Shown: positions 9,343 through 18,537 of the stretch, piece by piece
Numbering within the stretch: position 1 is the stretch's first letter
How the letters are laid out: every line of letters begins with the position of its first letter
Origin: Candidatus Multivoradales bacterium
Lineage (GTDB): Bacteria > Acidobacteriota > Thermoanaerobaculia > Multivoradales > J023
NCBI GenBank assembly: GCA_965248925.1
Contig: CBDFLE010000006.1
Location: 4,544,001 to 4,608,000, forward strand
Direction of reading: 5' to 3'
Length of the DNA: 64,000 nucleotides
Notes under the pieces: generated by a model
What the model saw: only the letters and a program-made list of their open reading frames with translations
What the model was told of the DNA's origin: nothing
The model's database searches: none
Position numbers and translations under genes: made by a program

Positions 9343-9783
9343 CTAACCCAGCCCCAGGCGACTGAGGGTATCGGCGGTTTCGAGGTTGAGATCGTAGTCC
9401 GCGAGCTTCTTGCTCGGCACCCAAGCGTATTGGTCGTGTTCTTCGCCGAGGGTCACGCCCGGGTCGACGGCGAGGCAGCGGAAGAGCAGGAAGATCATGT
9501 AGATCGGGCGCTGGCTGCCGTCGGCGAAGGTCTTGTCGTAGGTGCCGTCTTTGAACAAGGCCGGCTCGATGTCGCGGACCTCCAACCCGACTTCCTCTTG
9601 CAGTTCTCGGCGTAGGGCCTCGATCATTTGTTCGCCGGGCTCGATACCGCCACCAGGCAAGCCCCACTGGCCAGGAAATACGCCGCGCTGGTCGCACATC
9701 CGGCAGAGCAGCAGGTCGCCGTTGTCGTTGCTGACCAGCGGCACGACGATGATCCGGGTCTCCACCCTCAGACCTCTCGGCAC
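9343..9783 (-). CDS. nudI: Nudix nucleoside triphosphatase NudI
   Basis: RGVFPGQWGLPGGGIEPGE..ALRRELQEE Nudix box; KTFADG..IYMIFL resembles E. coli NudI. Confidence 0.82.
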   Translation of the reverse strand: MPRGLRVETRIIVVPLVSNDNGDLLLCRMCDQRGVFPGQWGLPGGGIEPGEQMIEALRRELQEEVGLEVRDIEPALFKDGTYDKTFADGSQRPIYMIFLLFRCLAVDPGVTLGEEHDQYAWVPSKKLADYDLNLETADTLSRLGLG

Positions 9784-11348
9784 GCCGCGGGGCCGGACTG
9801 CAGCTGTCGTTTCAGCGCTCCGCGATCGATCTTGCCCAGGTGGGTGCGGGGCAGTTCGCCCAAGACAATCACCCGGCGGGGATGCTTGTAGGGTGCCAAG
9901 CAGGTCAAGGCATGCTGCTTAAGCTGCTGGTCGAGATCGGCGTCAGCAGCTGTAGCGAGGACGAAGGCGTAAGGCTTCATCAAGCCGTCGTTGTCGAGAG
10001 CGCCGATGACCGCGCATTCTTCGACCTGCGGATGCTCTAGCAGGCATTCCTCCAGTTCTTTGGGAATCAGCCACTTGCCGCCAATCTTGAGTACGTCGTC
10101 GGAACGGCCGCAGAAGCTCACCCAGCCTCCGCTATCGCGGCATACCAAGTCACCGCTGGCGAACCACTCGCCACGGAAGGCGGCGGCGCTCTTGTCCGCT
10201 TCCTGCCAGTAGCAGTCGGCCCGCGACTGCCCACGTACCCAGAGGCGGCCGATCTCGCCATCGTTGAGGGGTTGGTCCTGAGCGTCGCGAACTTGGATCT
10301 CGAATCCCTCTACGACCTTGCCAAGGGTGCCGGGTCGGACTTCACCGGGTCGGTTAGTGAGGAAAACGTGCCACATCTCGGCGGTGCCCAAGCCATCGAG
10401 CAGCTCGACGCCGAAGACTTCTTTCCACTGTTCGTACAGCGCCGTCGGAAGAGCTTCGCCGGCACTGGTGGCGAAACGCAGGCTGGAGAGATCTTGCTCG
10501 GCGGCATCTGCCTGGGCCAGCATGCGGCTGATCACTGTCGGCACGTTGATCAGGATGGTTGGCCGATGACGGGCGATCTGGCGGAAGATCTCCTCAGCGG
10601 TGGGTTTTTCCGGGAACAGCACCGCGCTGGCACCGACCGAGAATGGGAAGAGCAGGTTCGAGCCGGTGGCATAGCCGAAGAAGAGCTTCGGCACCGACAG
10701 GGTGACGTCATCTTTGTGGTAGCCCAAGGTGCGGCGGGCGTAGAGCTCGGTGGTGTTGGCGAACGAGCGGTGGCTTTGCACCACCGCTTTGGGGCGACCG
10801 GTGGTGCCGCCGGAAAACAACCAGATGGCGGCGTCGTCGCGGTGGCTGGGGAAGCAGGCGATCTCCGTGTTGGCTGGCGATACGTCGGCGAAACGGGTCT
10901 CGTCGGCAAAATCCTCACCTGACTCGTCAGAACCCACCGTTAGCACTGCTGCCGGCCAAGCCGAGCCCTGCCTTGCGGCTCTGAAAGTTGCCGCCGCGGC
11001 GGCGTCCACCACCAGAGCACGGCAGCGGGTGTAGGCGAAGAGTGCCGCCAGCTCGGCCTCGCCCAGAGCCGGATTGACCATCACCGCCACCGCGCCGAGC
11101 TGTAAGGCACCCAACAGCGCCCCGACCATCTCGGCGCCGTCTGGCAAGGCTAGCATCACCCGTTCCTCTGAGCGCACCCGCAAATGCCGTAGCGCTTGCG
11201 CGAAATGTTGAGCCAGCTCGTGAACTTGCCGATAGGTCAGGTTGCGCTCGGCCAGTCGCAGAGCGATCCGATTCCCTTGGCCGTTGCGCAAGCGCTGGCC
11301 GAGAAAGTGGTCGGCAATATTAAGCTGTTCGGGGAACTCGAAAGGCAT
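9768..11348 (-). CDS. Benzoate-CoA ligase family AMP-dependent acyl-CoA synthetase
   Basis: WLFSGGTTGRPK, KLFFGYA, DGLGTAE, GRSDD, GKIDR. Start placed at MPFEFPEQLNIAD. Confidence 0.88.
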   Translation of the reverse strand: MPFEFPEQLNIADHFLGQRLRNGQGNRIALRLAERNLTYRQVHELAQHFAQALRHLRVRSEERVMLALPDGAEMVGALLGALQLGAVAVMVNPALGEAELAALFAYTRCRALVVDAAAAATFRAARQGSAWPAAVLTVGSDESGEDFADETRFADVSPANTEIACFPSHRDDAAIWLFSGGTTGRPKAVVQSHRSFANTTELYARRTLGYHKDDVTLSVPKLFFGYATGSNLLFPFSVGASAVLFPEKPTAEEIFRQIARHRPTILINVPTVISRMLAQADAAEQDLSSLRFATSAGEALPTALYEQWKEVFGVELLDGLGTAEMWHVFLTNRPGEVRPGTLGKVVEGFEIQVRDAQDQPLNDGEIGRLWVRGQSRADCYWQEADKSAAAFRGEWFASGDLVCRDSGGWVSFCGRSDDVLKIGGKWLIPKELEECLLEHPQVEECAVIGALDNDGLMKPYAFVLATAADADLDQQLKQHALTCLAPYKHPRRVIVLGELPRTHLGKIDRGALKRQLQSGPAACREV

Positions 11349-11361
11349 CGGTAAATCTCCG

Positions 11362-12867
11362 TCAGCTTGTTTGATGTTCGGGGCGGAGCAGGTCGAAGAC
11401 GGTCTTGACCGGCGCGAAAGTGGCCGCCGGGACTTCGACGAAGACTGTTGTCCAATGAGCCATGGCGCCGTTCCATAAGCCGGGGTGCTCGAGGGCCAGC
11501 AGGGGACGGTCGCCAGCGGTCTTGCGGCTAACGAAAGCGGTCGCTGGGTCGACGAAGTCGGCCAGGCGATACGGCTTGCCGTGGCGGTCGCGCAGAGCAC
11601 AAGCCAGATCGACTGGATTGAAATGTGTGGCCGCAGCGACAACAGCTTGTTGCCGTGGGTCTGTGCGATCGATCTGCGCGGCTTCGACTATCTGCGCCGT
11701 GGCTCCAGCCGTCTTGCCGACCCAGAAAGGGCCGCCGCCGGGCTCGCCCTCATTGGGCACCATGCCGCAAACCCGCAACGGTCGGTCGATCGCGTAGCGG
11801 AGGAACTCGCGGACGGCAGGTTCAGCGGAGTCGGCGAGCTGTCTAGCGGCGGTGATCTGCAACGAATCGGCGGCAAATTCGAGGGCCGCGGCGAGTTCCT
11901 CGCCGGCCAGCGGGGGGCTTGAGTCGAGGTGCTCCAAGATCTCGAAGGCGGTGTTTTGTAAGCGTGCCAACAGACCGCCGAGGAGCCGCTGGTAGCGCGC
12001 CGCCACCTGCCGGTGCTCGGCCGGCAGGATGTTGTCAATATTCTTCACCAACACCAGATCTCCAGCGGCTGCTTCGAGGTTGGCGAGCAGCGCCCCGTGG
12101 CCGCCCGGACGCAGGAGTAGCTGGCCGTCTCGGCGGCGAAAGAATTCACCGTGGGGAGTCAGGGCGATGGTGTCGGTAGCCGCGCCTTGGTGGGAGAAGG
12201 CGACTTCGAAGCGTACCCCATGGGCTGTTTCCAACGGTTCTCGGAGGGCGTTCAGATGCTGGTCGAAGTCGTTCTGATAGTCGGCGCCAACGGTGAAGTG
12301 AAGGCGGCAGATCCCCGAGCCGTCGGTGACCACCTCGGCAGCCTCGGCGAGATGCTCAGCGAAGGCTGTACGCGAGCCGTTGGCGATGCGGTGGAACGGC
12401 ACCAAAGCCTTGGGCCGGCTGGCCAGATCGAGCCCTTGGCGCGAGAGGAGAGCGTCGAGCAGTGCCGCCGGTTGGCTAGCCTGGGCGGCCAACGGCTCGC
12501 TGAAGGGAAGGCGATCCAACTCTCTGACCAACCGGTCGCGGGCGGTCAGTGCAGTGCCGGTGGTGCTGCCGGCCCAGGCCGCTAGGAGATCGGCGAACAT
12601 CCTCGTCGCGGCCCCCGAGGCGGGCACGAATTTGCTGAACCGGCCGGCTCGCGCTGCCGCTTGTTGTTCCTTTTCGAGGTTTGCGAAATCGGCTGGCGCG
12701 AGTCGCAGAATGCCATCGCCGACAGTGCAGGGTCGCAGCACGGGGGCTGCCGGCGGCGGCGAGGCGAGTACCGCGAGCTGGCGTTTGACCTCGGCTCCAC
12801 TGAGGCCGTGGGCGGCGAGTTGGCGGCGGTCGGCAGCGGTCAGCCGGGGGCACGGGTCAGTGCTCAT
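11362..12867 (-). CDS. DUF4301 family protein (nucleotide-diphospho-sugar transferase-like)
   Basis: KFVPASGAATRMF, RPGGHGALL, KNIDN, NEGEPGGGPFWV, THFNPVD, PGLWNGAM, VKTVFDLLRPEHQ. Confidence 0.85.
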   Translation of the reverse strand: MSTDPCPRLTAADRRQLAAHGLSGAEVKRQLAVLASPPPAAPVLRPCTVGDGILRLAPADFANLEKEQQAAARAGRFSKFVPASGAATRMFADLLAAWAGSTTGTALTARDRLVRELDRLPFSEPLAAQASQPAALLDALLSRQGLDLASRPKALVPFHRIANGSRTAFAEHLAEAAEVVTDGSGICRLHFTVGADYQNDFDQHLNALREPLETAHGVRFEVAFSHQGAATDTIALTPHGEFFRRRDGQLLLRPGGHGALLANLEAAAGDLVLVKNIDNILPAEHRQVAARYQRLLGGLLARLQNTAFEILEHLDSSPPLAGEELAAALEFAADSLQITAARQLADSAEPAVREFLRYAIDRPLRVCGMVPNEGEPGGGPFWVGKTAGATAQIVEAAQIDRTDPRQQAVVAAATHFNPVDLACALRDRHGKPYRLADFVDPATAFVSRKTAGDRPLLALEHPGLWNGAMAHWTTVFVEVPAATFAPVKTVFDLLRPEHQTS

Positions 12868-12882
12868 TTCGCGCCTGTTCCG

Positions 12883-13440
12883 TCAGTCGCCGGGGTAGAC
12901 CGGCAGCTGTACTTCGATCTCCGAAAGACGTGGTGCGACGGCGTCTTTGGCCGACAGCTGGGGGGTGTCCAGGGGCCAGGCGATGGCCAGGTCGGGGTCG
13001 TTCCAAATCACTGCCAACTCGTCGTCACGGTCGTAGAGGGCGGTGCATTTGTACTCGACTTGGGCGCTTGCAGAAAGCACGCAGAAGCCATGCAGAAAGT
13101 CCGGCGGCACGTAGAGCTGGCGGAAATTGCCGGCCGATAGCACCTCGCCGACCCACTGGCCGAAATGCGGTGAGCCGCGGCGCATATCGACTGCCACATC
13201 GAAGATCTCGCCTTCGACGGCACGCACCAGCTTGCCCTGGGGGGTCTTGGCCTGAGCGTGCAGTCCGCGCAAAATGCCGCGACTAGACTTCGAGTGGTTG
13301 TCTTGGATGAAGGGCAGGGGGATGCCGCCGTCAACGTATTTTTCTTGGTGGTAGGTCTCAAGGAAGAAACCTCGTTCGTCGCCGTGCACATCGGGCTCGA
13401 CGAGAATCACTCCTGGCAGGGCAGTCTGCTCGAATCTCAA
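12883..13440 (-). CDS. rfbC: dTDP-4-dehydrorhamnose 3,5-epimerase
   Basis: [38 protein letters not shown]. Confidence 0.96.
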   Translation of the reverse strand: MRFEQTALPGVILVEPDVHGDERGFFLETYHQEKYVDGGIPLPFIQDNHSKSSRGILRGLHAQAKTPQGKLVRAVEGEIFDVAVDMRRGSPHFGQWVGEVLSAGNFRQLYVPPDFLHGFCVLSASAQVEYKCTALYDRDDELAVIWNDPDLAIAWPLDTPQLSAKDAVAPRLSEIEVQLPVYPGD

Positions 13441-13457
13441 GGCATTCTCCTCCGGGC

Positions 13458-14579
13458 TCAGCTCTGGCTGGCCAAACCAAGGCGTTGGCGGCTGTCGCCC
13501 GCGACTTCACGGCACCAGTCGAGATGTGCTAGGTACCAGCGCACGGTCTCCGCCAGGCCGCTCGAGAAGTCGTGCCGCGGTTGCCAGCCGAGTTCGCTGC
13601 GCGCCTTGCCGGCGTCGATGGCATAACGCCAATCGTGCCCCGGACGGTCGTCGACAAAGGTCTTGAGTTCCACATAGGACTGTAAGCCTTGGTCGCTGAG
13701 TCGCGGGTTCTCGGACGCGGGTCGCTGTTGTTCGAGAATTCTGCAAATCTCGTCCACCACTTGCAGATTGGTGCGTTCGTTGCCGCCGCCCAAGTTGTAC
13801 TTCTCCCCCGGTTGGCCTGCCCCCAGGGCGTCGAGAATGCCAGCGCAATGATCGCCGACATAAATCCAGTCGCGGACGTTCTGGCCGTTACCGTAGATCG
13901 GCAGCGGGCGACCGTCGAGGGCGTTCAAGATCATCACCGGGATCAGCTTTTCAGGGAATTGGAAGGGGCCGTAGTTATTCGAGCAGTTGGTGATGATCAC
14001 CGGCAGACCGTAGGTTCGGTGATAGGCGCTGGCCAGGTGATCGGCGGCTGCCTTCGAGGCCGAATAGGGAGAACTCGGATCGTAGGCGGTGTCTTCGCGG
14101 AATAGGCCAGTGGCACCGAGTGAGCCGTAGACTTCATCGGTCGAGACATGTAAGAAGCGTAGCTTTTTCCGCTCGTTCGCCGGCAGCTCGTCACGCAGGT
14201 GGCGAGCGGCGTCGAGAAGTTCGAAGGTGCCGACGATATTGGTGTTGATGAACTCTCCGGGAGCGTCGATCGAGCGATCCACATGGCTCTCGGCGGCAAA
14301 GTTGACTGTCCAGCGCGGACGTTCTTCGGCAAATAGCGCGCGCACGGTTGCGCGGTCGGAAATATCGCCTTCGACGAAGCGAAAACGGGAGTTCTCGGCG
14401 ACCTCACGCAGGCTCAGCAAGTTGCCGGCGTAGGTTAGCTTGTCGAGCACCACGATGCGGTCGGTGGAGCGTTCGAGCGCCAGGCGGACAAAGTTTGAGC
14501 CGATGAAGCCAGCGCCACCGGTAATCAGAAGGGTGTCGCTGAGGGGCGGGTCGCTGTGGGCTTTGCTCAGTTTGCTCAT
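13458..14579 (-). CDS. rfbB: dTDP-glucose 4,6-dehydratase
   Basis: [46 protein letters not shown]. Confidence 0.96.
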   Translation of the reverse strand: MSKLSKAHSDPPLSDTLLITGGAGFIGSNFVRLALERSTDRIVVLDKLTYAGNLLSLREVAENSRFRFVEGDISDRATVRALFAEERPRWTVNFAAESHVDRSIDAPGEFINTNIVGTFELLDAARHLRDELPANERKKLRFLHVSTDEVYGSLGATGLFREDTAYDPSSPYSASKAAADHLASAYHRTYGLPVIITNCSNNYGPFQFPEKLIPVMILNALDGRPLPIYGNGQNVRDWIYVGDHCAGILDALGAGQPGEKYNLGGGNERTNLQVVDEICRILEQQRPASENPRLSDQGLQSYVELKTFVDDRPGHDWRYAIDAGKARSELGWQPRHDFSSGLAETVRWYLAHLDWCREVAGDSRQRLGLASQS

Positions 14580-14648
14580 GGTTCCTCTCGGGCGCGCAGT
14601 ATACCCTTGCCCGGCGTGGCGCCGCCGCCCTCCTGGAGAGACCTTTCG

Positions 14649-15455
14649 ATGTCGTTGATGCAAGCCGTCATTCTCGCCCTGGTGCAGGGGTTGACCGAGT
14701 TTCTGCCGATCAGCTCTTCAGCCCATTTGGTGCTGTTGCCCTGGTTGCTGGGCTGGAATGAGCACGACCTGCTCTTCGATGTTGTCACCAACACCGGCAC
14801 GTTGCTGGCGGCGGTGGTCTTTTTTCGCCGTGAGCTGATTCTGAGCCTCGGTCTGGCACCGCGGGTCGATGGAGCCGAGGGTCGGCTGGGGAGCCCCCGA
14901 TTGGCCGCCAAGCTGCTTCTGGCGACTTTTCCGGCAGCTCTCTGTGGACTCCTATTCTACGATCTTCTGGCCGGGGTCGCGCGCAGTCCGGCGGTGATCG
15001 CCACGACCTCGATCGTCTTTGGCCTACTGCTGTGGTGGGCCGACCGCTGCGGCCGCCGGCAGCGACAAATGGACGATATTGGCTGGCTCGAGGCACTGTG
15101 GATCGGTCTGGCGCAAGCGTTGGCACTGGTTCCTGGAACCTCGCGATCTGGAGTCACCATCACCCTTGGCCTGGGGCTTGGTCTGAAGCGGAGCGAGGCC
15201 GCCCGATTCTCCTTTTTGCTGGCGATTCCGGTGGGCCTGCTGGCGCTAGCCAAACAGCTGCTGGACCTGTTTTTGGCGCCTAAAGTTGAGGTCGAAATGC
15301 TGCCTTTGGTAGTCGGTTTTGGAGTCTCGGCAATCTCGGCTTATCTTGCTATTGGCGGTTTACTACGCTGGCTCGAACGCCAAACAATGGGCCCTTTCGT
15401 GGTCTACCGAGTGCTCCTCGGTGCGCTCGTAGGTGCTTTAGTTTGTTGCATTTAG
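14649..15455 (+). CDS. uppP: Undecaprenyl-diphosphate phosphatase
   Basis: QGLTEFLPISSSAHL, PGTSRSG, ARFSFLLAIP. Confidence 0.95.
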   Translation: MSLMQAVILALVQGLTEFLPISSSAHLVLLPWLLGWNEHDLLFDVVTNTGTLLAAVVFFRRELILSLGLAPRVDGAEGRLGSPRLAAKLLLATFPAALCGLLFYDLLAGVARSPAVIATTSIVFGLLLWWADRCGRRQRQMDDIGWLEALWIGLAQALALVPGTSRSGVTITLGLGLGLKRSEAARFSFLLAIPVGLLALAKQLLDLFLAPKVEVEMLPLVVGFGVSAISAYLAIGGLLRWLERQTMGPFVVYRVLLGALVGALVCCI

Positions 15456-15508
15456 CAGTCTGGGTTGAGGCTGGGTGTATTGCTCAGGGAAAATGGCGCG
15501 TTATACGG

Positions 15509-15609
15509 TTGACTCAATCCGGAGCTACCCCTAGTATCTTTCTTGCGAGGAGGCAAAATCCTCCTCTCATCCCTCCCAACGAGGGGCGCAAGACGCCCCT
15601 CCTTTTTTT
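15509..15609 (+). ncRNA. Candidate small RNA (~65 nt) with its own sigma70 promoter and intrinsic terminator
   Basis: TTGACT(15509)-N17-TAGTAT(15532). Then hairpin GAGGAGG/CCTCCTC, a CCCTCCC linker, and terminator GAGGGGCG/CGCCCCTC followed by T7. Confidence 0.5.
15581..15609 (+). terminator. Rho-independent terminator
   Basis: 8-bp GC stem, 5-nt loop, then C and a run of 7 T. Confidence 0.85.
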
Positions 15610-15688
15610 GTCTAAAATATTTTCTCAAGTTTTTTCTTGTTTAATACTCCGCGGCCGCCGCGGCGGCAAGAGGGTGCTGCGTTTGCGG

Positions 15689-15714
15689 TGTATCTTCTCC
15701 CGGTCCCCTGCGTA
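15689..15714 (+). promoter_or_regulatory. Putative autoregulatory ECF promoter
   Basis: TGTATC-N16-CGTA, 10 bp before the ECF start. The spacing matches SigW/SigX-type promoters. Confidence 0.45.
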
Positions 15715-15724
15715 GAGCCAGGGA

Positions 15725-16357
15725 GTGGCCTATCCCGTCCGCGGCCACTATCCGGAGGAAGACATTACCGACGCCGAACTTGTCGCCCGTGCCTTGGCCG
15801 GCTCAGAAGAGGCCTACCGTCAGCTGGTGCTGCGCTTCGAGCGACCGGTGATGACGGTGATCCTGCGATTAGTGAGAGATCGGCAGTTGGCCGAAGATCT
15901 GGCCCAGGAGTCCTTCGTTAAAGCCTTTCGCCACTTGGCTCGCTACGATTCGCGGCGCAAGCTGGCGAGCTGGTTGTTCAAGATCGCTCACAACACGACT
16001 CTCGACTACTTGCGCAAGTTTCGCCCGGTGACTGTGCCGCTGGAGGCTTCCAGTGGCGATGATCCGGCGGATTCCTGGGAAGTGCTGCGAGCGCCCGAGG
16101 ATCAGAAGCCAGATCGTCGGGCGGATAGCGCGGCGCTGCGCCAAGCTCTCGATCGGGCTCTTGGCAAGCTGCGTCCTTCCTACAGCGAAGTGTTGACGCT
16201 GCGTTTTCAGGAAGGTCTGTCGTACCAGGAAATCGCTGAAGTCACCGGCCTTGCTCTGGGTACGGTCAAGATACATTTACATCGGGGTCGCAAGGCATTG
16301 GCCCAGCGGCTGGCTGAGGCCGGTTGGGCACCACCAGGGCGTTGGGGCGTGGACTGA
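15725..16357 (+). CDS. ECF RNA polymerase sigma factor
   Basis: AEDLAQESFVKAF, SWLFKIAHN, EGLSYQEIAEVTGLALGTVKIHLHRGR. Confidence 0.93.
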   Translation: MAYPVRGHYPEEDITDAELVARALAGSEEAYRQLVLRFERPVMTVILRLVRDRQLAEDLAQESFVKAFRHLARYDSRRKLASWLFKIAHNTTLDYLRKFRPVTVPLEASSGDDPADSWEVLRAPEDQKPDRRADSAALRQALDRALGKLRPSYSEVLTLRFQEGLSYQEIAEVTGLALGTVKIHLHRGRKALAQRLAEAGWAPPGRWGVD

Positions 16358-16475
16358 ACAGTCGGTCGAGACTTGAGTGTCGAGCACCGGCGCGGCGAGA
16401 CTCGCAGCGCGCTGATGACACGAGCAGCGAAACTCGTCGCGCAGCGATAGCGTAGGGTTTCTGAGGAGAGATTGG

Positions 16476-16982
16476 ATGAAGAGTTCGGAGAATGACCCTC
16501 AACTAGCAACCTGGCTTGCCGCTGAAGCGGCAGGTCGCGACGAGGACGCTCAGGCAGCGCTGCACCAGCTGTTTCGCTGCTTGCCGCGAGCGCGGCCGTC
16601 GGCCCACTTTGCCGATCGGGTGCTGCGGCTGTCCGGCCACGCCCCTCCCAGACGCTCGCGGCAAAGAAGTCGTTGGTTGCTGGCGGCGGCGGTGTTGGTA
16701 TCGATATCTCTTCCCTGGCTGTCGCTCACTGCCCGTCTGGCTCCGTCGAATGCTGGCGGCTTGGTGGTGACTGGGGTCAATGCCGTACTGGCTGCTAGTG
16801 GTTGGCTAGATCGTTTGCATAGCGTGTTCGAAGTTCTCGGCCATCTGCGCCAGGCTTGTTTGGCCGTCGCCGGCATGCCGCAGGTGGCTTTGATCGCTCT
16901 GCTCTCGCTGCTGATCTCGGCTCTTTCCCTGCGCGGCTTGGCCACGCTGACCCACCGGACCGGGAGCGCTAACTATGCCTAG
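16476..16982 (+). CDS. Putative membrane anti-sigma factor
   Basis: Follows the ECF sigma gene; PSAHFADRVL motif then hydrophobic TM segments. Confidence 0.6.
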   Translation: MKSSENDPQLATWLAAEAAGRDEDAQAALHQLFRCLPRARPSAHFADRVLRLSGHAPPRRSRQRSRWLLAAAVLVSISLPWLSLTARLAPSNAGGLVVTGVNAVLAASGWLDRLHSVFEVLGHLRQACLAVAGMPQVALIALLSLLISALSLRGLATLTHRTGSANYA

Positions 16983-18486
16983 GTTGAAATCTTACGGGTT
17001 GACCACCGCGGTTTCCGCACGGCCCTTCACTGTGCTGACCGTTGGCTTCTGGTGCCGTGGTTTGTTGTTAGCGGCCTTGTGCAGCTGCTGGGTGCTGGTG
17101 GCTCAGGGCACTCCCGAGGCAGCTCTCGAGACAGTTGCAGAGCGCTACGAAGTGTTGCCACTGAGTGGCGGTTGGGCGCTGCGACCCCTGAATCCGGCAG
17201 CTGAGTTTCGCATTATCGAAGTACGCCAAGGGATGGTAGCCATCGATGGCGAGGACCGGCAGGCGGGGGAGCTTGTCCGCCTGTTAGGCGAGGATGCGGC
17301 GCCGGTGTTGGAGTTGGCTGGGCTGGCGCTTCCCGAGGTGCCGCCGGAACTCGGAGCTGGCTTGCCCGCCGAGTCGCCAGAGTCCGCCGAACCCTCTGAA
17401 CCTGCTGCGGACTCTAGCGACAGCTGGCGCGAGGAGCGCCGTCAACGCACCTCAAGGCGCCGCTCGGAAGCCCGTCAGAGCTTCGGCCGACCGTTGCATA
17501 TTGGCGCCGAAGAGTCGGTGGCCGAAGCCCTGGTCCTGGGCAGCTACTTGGAGGTCGATGGCGAGGTGCGCGGCAGGGCCACGGTAGTCGGCGGGTCGGC
17601 TCGGATCGAGGGTGAGATCGGCGATGACTTGGTGGTGGTGGGAGGCTCGGTCGAGCTCGGTCCCGAGGCCGAAATCGATGGCGACGTGGTCTCGGTTGGC
17701 GGCACGATCAACCGCAGCCTCGGCTCGCGGGTGCGCGGAAAAATCTCAGAAGTTGCGCTCGGCTCGGTCTTCTCGCGTCCCTGGAATCAGGGCTGGGAGC
17801 GGCCTCGGCGGCACCATAGGTGGCGCTCTAATTTCAGCCGCTGGCTGATGCCGGCTGTCCAAGCAGGGTTGATCGCTCTGGTGCTGCTGATCGTCTTGCA
17901 ATTTGCTCGGCCGACGGTCGAGGGTGTGGCGCAGCGCACCCGGAGCGAACCTCTCAAGGCGGGCCTGACGGGACTGCTGGCACAAGTGCTCTTCGTGCCG
18001 TTGATGGCGGTAGTTTCATTTGTTCTGGCGATTACCATCATCGGCATTCCGATCATGTTGGCGCTCTGGTTGGTGGTGACGGTCGTGGTTTTGGTGGCGC
18101 TATTGATCGGCTATACCGGAGTAGCGCTGAATTTTGGCGGATTTCTCGAGCGACGATTCTCAATGCGTGGCGCTAGCCTCTATTTGACCCTGCTTCTCGG
18201 CGTGCTGCTGATCCACGGTTGGGAGGTAGTTGGAGGTGCCTTGACGGCTGCCAGCGGGCCGTTGGGCTGGACAGCTTGGCTGTTGGTGTTGGTCGGCGGA
18301 GTGGTGCAGTACGTCGCCGTCACCGTCGGCCTCGGTGGTGTCCTGTTGCATCGTTTCGATGCCGCTGGCAGCTCTTCTGCGGTGGCCCGATCCCCTGAGC
18401 TTCCCCCGGCATGGCCGCCTGAAGAAGATGGCGATGACGACGACGATGAGGACGATGAGGACAGCGCTGGCGAGCCCCTCGACTGA
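16975..18486 (+). CDS. Membrane protein with bactofilin/polymer-forming-like beta-helix repeats
   Basis: Repeated V..GG.V...G.V.GD segments, then several TM helices and an acidic tail; overlaps the anti-sigma stop. Confidence 0.65.
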   Translation: MPRLKSYGLTTAVSARPFTVLTVGFWCRGLLLAALCSCWVLVAQGTPEAALETVAERYEVLPLSGGWALRPLNPAAEFRIIEVRQGMVAIDGEDRQAGELVRLLGEDAAPVLELAGLALPEVPPELGAGLPAESPESAEPSEPAADSSDSWREERRQRTSRRRSEARQSFGRPLHIGAEESVAEALVLGSYLEVDGEVRGRATVVGGSARIEGEIGDDLVVVGGSVELGPEAEIDGDVVSVGGTINRSLGSRVRGKISEVALGSVFSRPWNQGWERPRRHHRWRSNFSRWLMPAVQAGLIALVLLIVLQFARPTVEGVAQRTRSEPLKAGLTGLLAQVLFVPLMAVVSFVLAITIIGIPIMLALWLVVTVVVLVALLIGYTGVALNFGGFLERRFSMRGASLYLTLLLGVLLIHGWEVVGGALTAASGPLGWTAWLLVLVGGVVQYVAVTVGLGGVLLHRFDAAGSSSAVARSPELPPAWPPEEDGDDDDDEDDEDSAGEPLD

Positions 18487-18537
18487 GGCCGGCCAGCGGT
18501 GCTGAGGCGGTTTGAGGTCGCAGTTGCGAGCGGCGAG

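Noticed and set aside
11349-11642. Long N-terminal extensions in the ORF track (also on recD2, kdsA, rfbB, uppP, ligA and the MBL gene)
   Set aside because: They overlap neighbouring genes or lack homology-like content; downstream starts with an RBS or stop-start coupling fit better.
18420-18465. GAT/GAC-rich repeat
   Set aside because: It is an ordinary low-complexity acidic C-terminal tail of the membrane protein.
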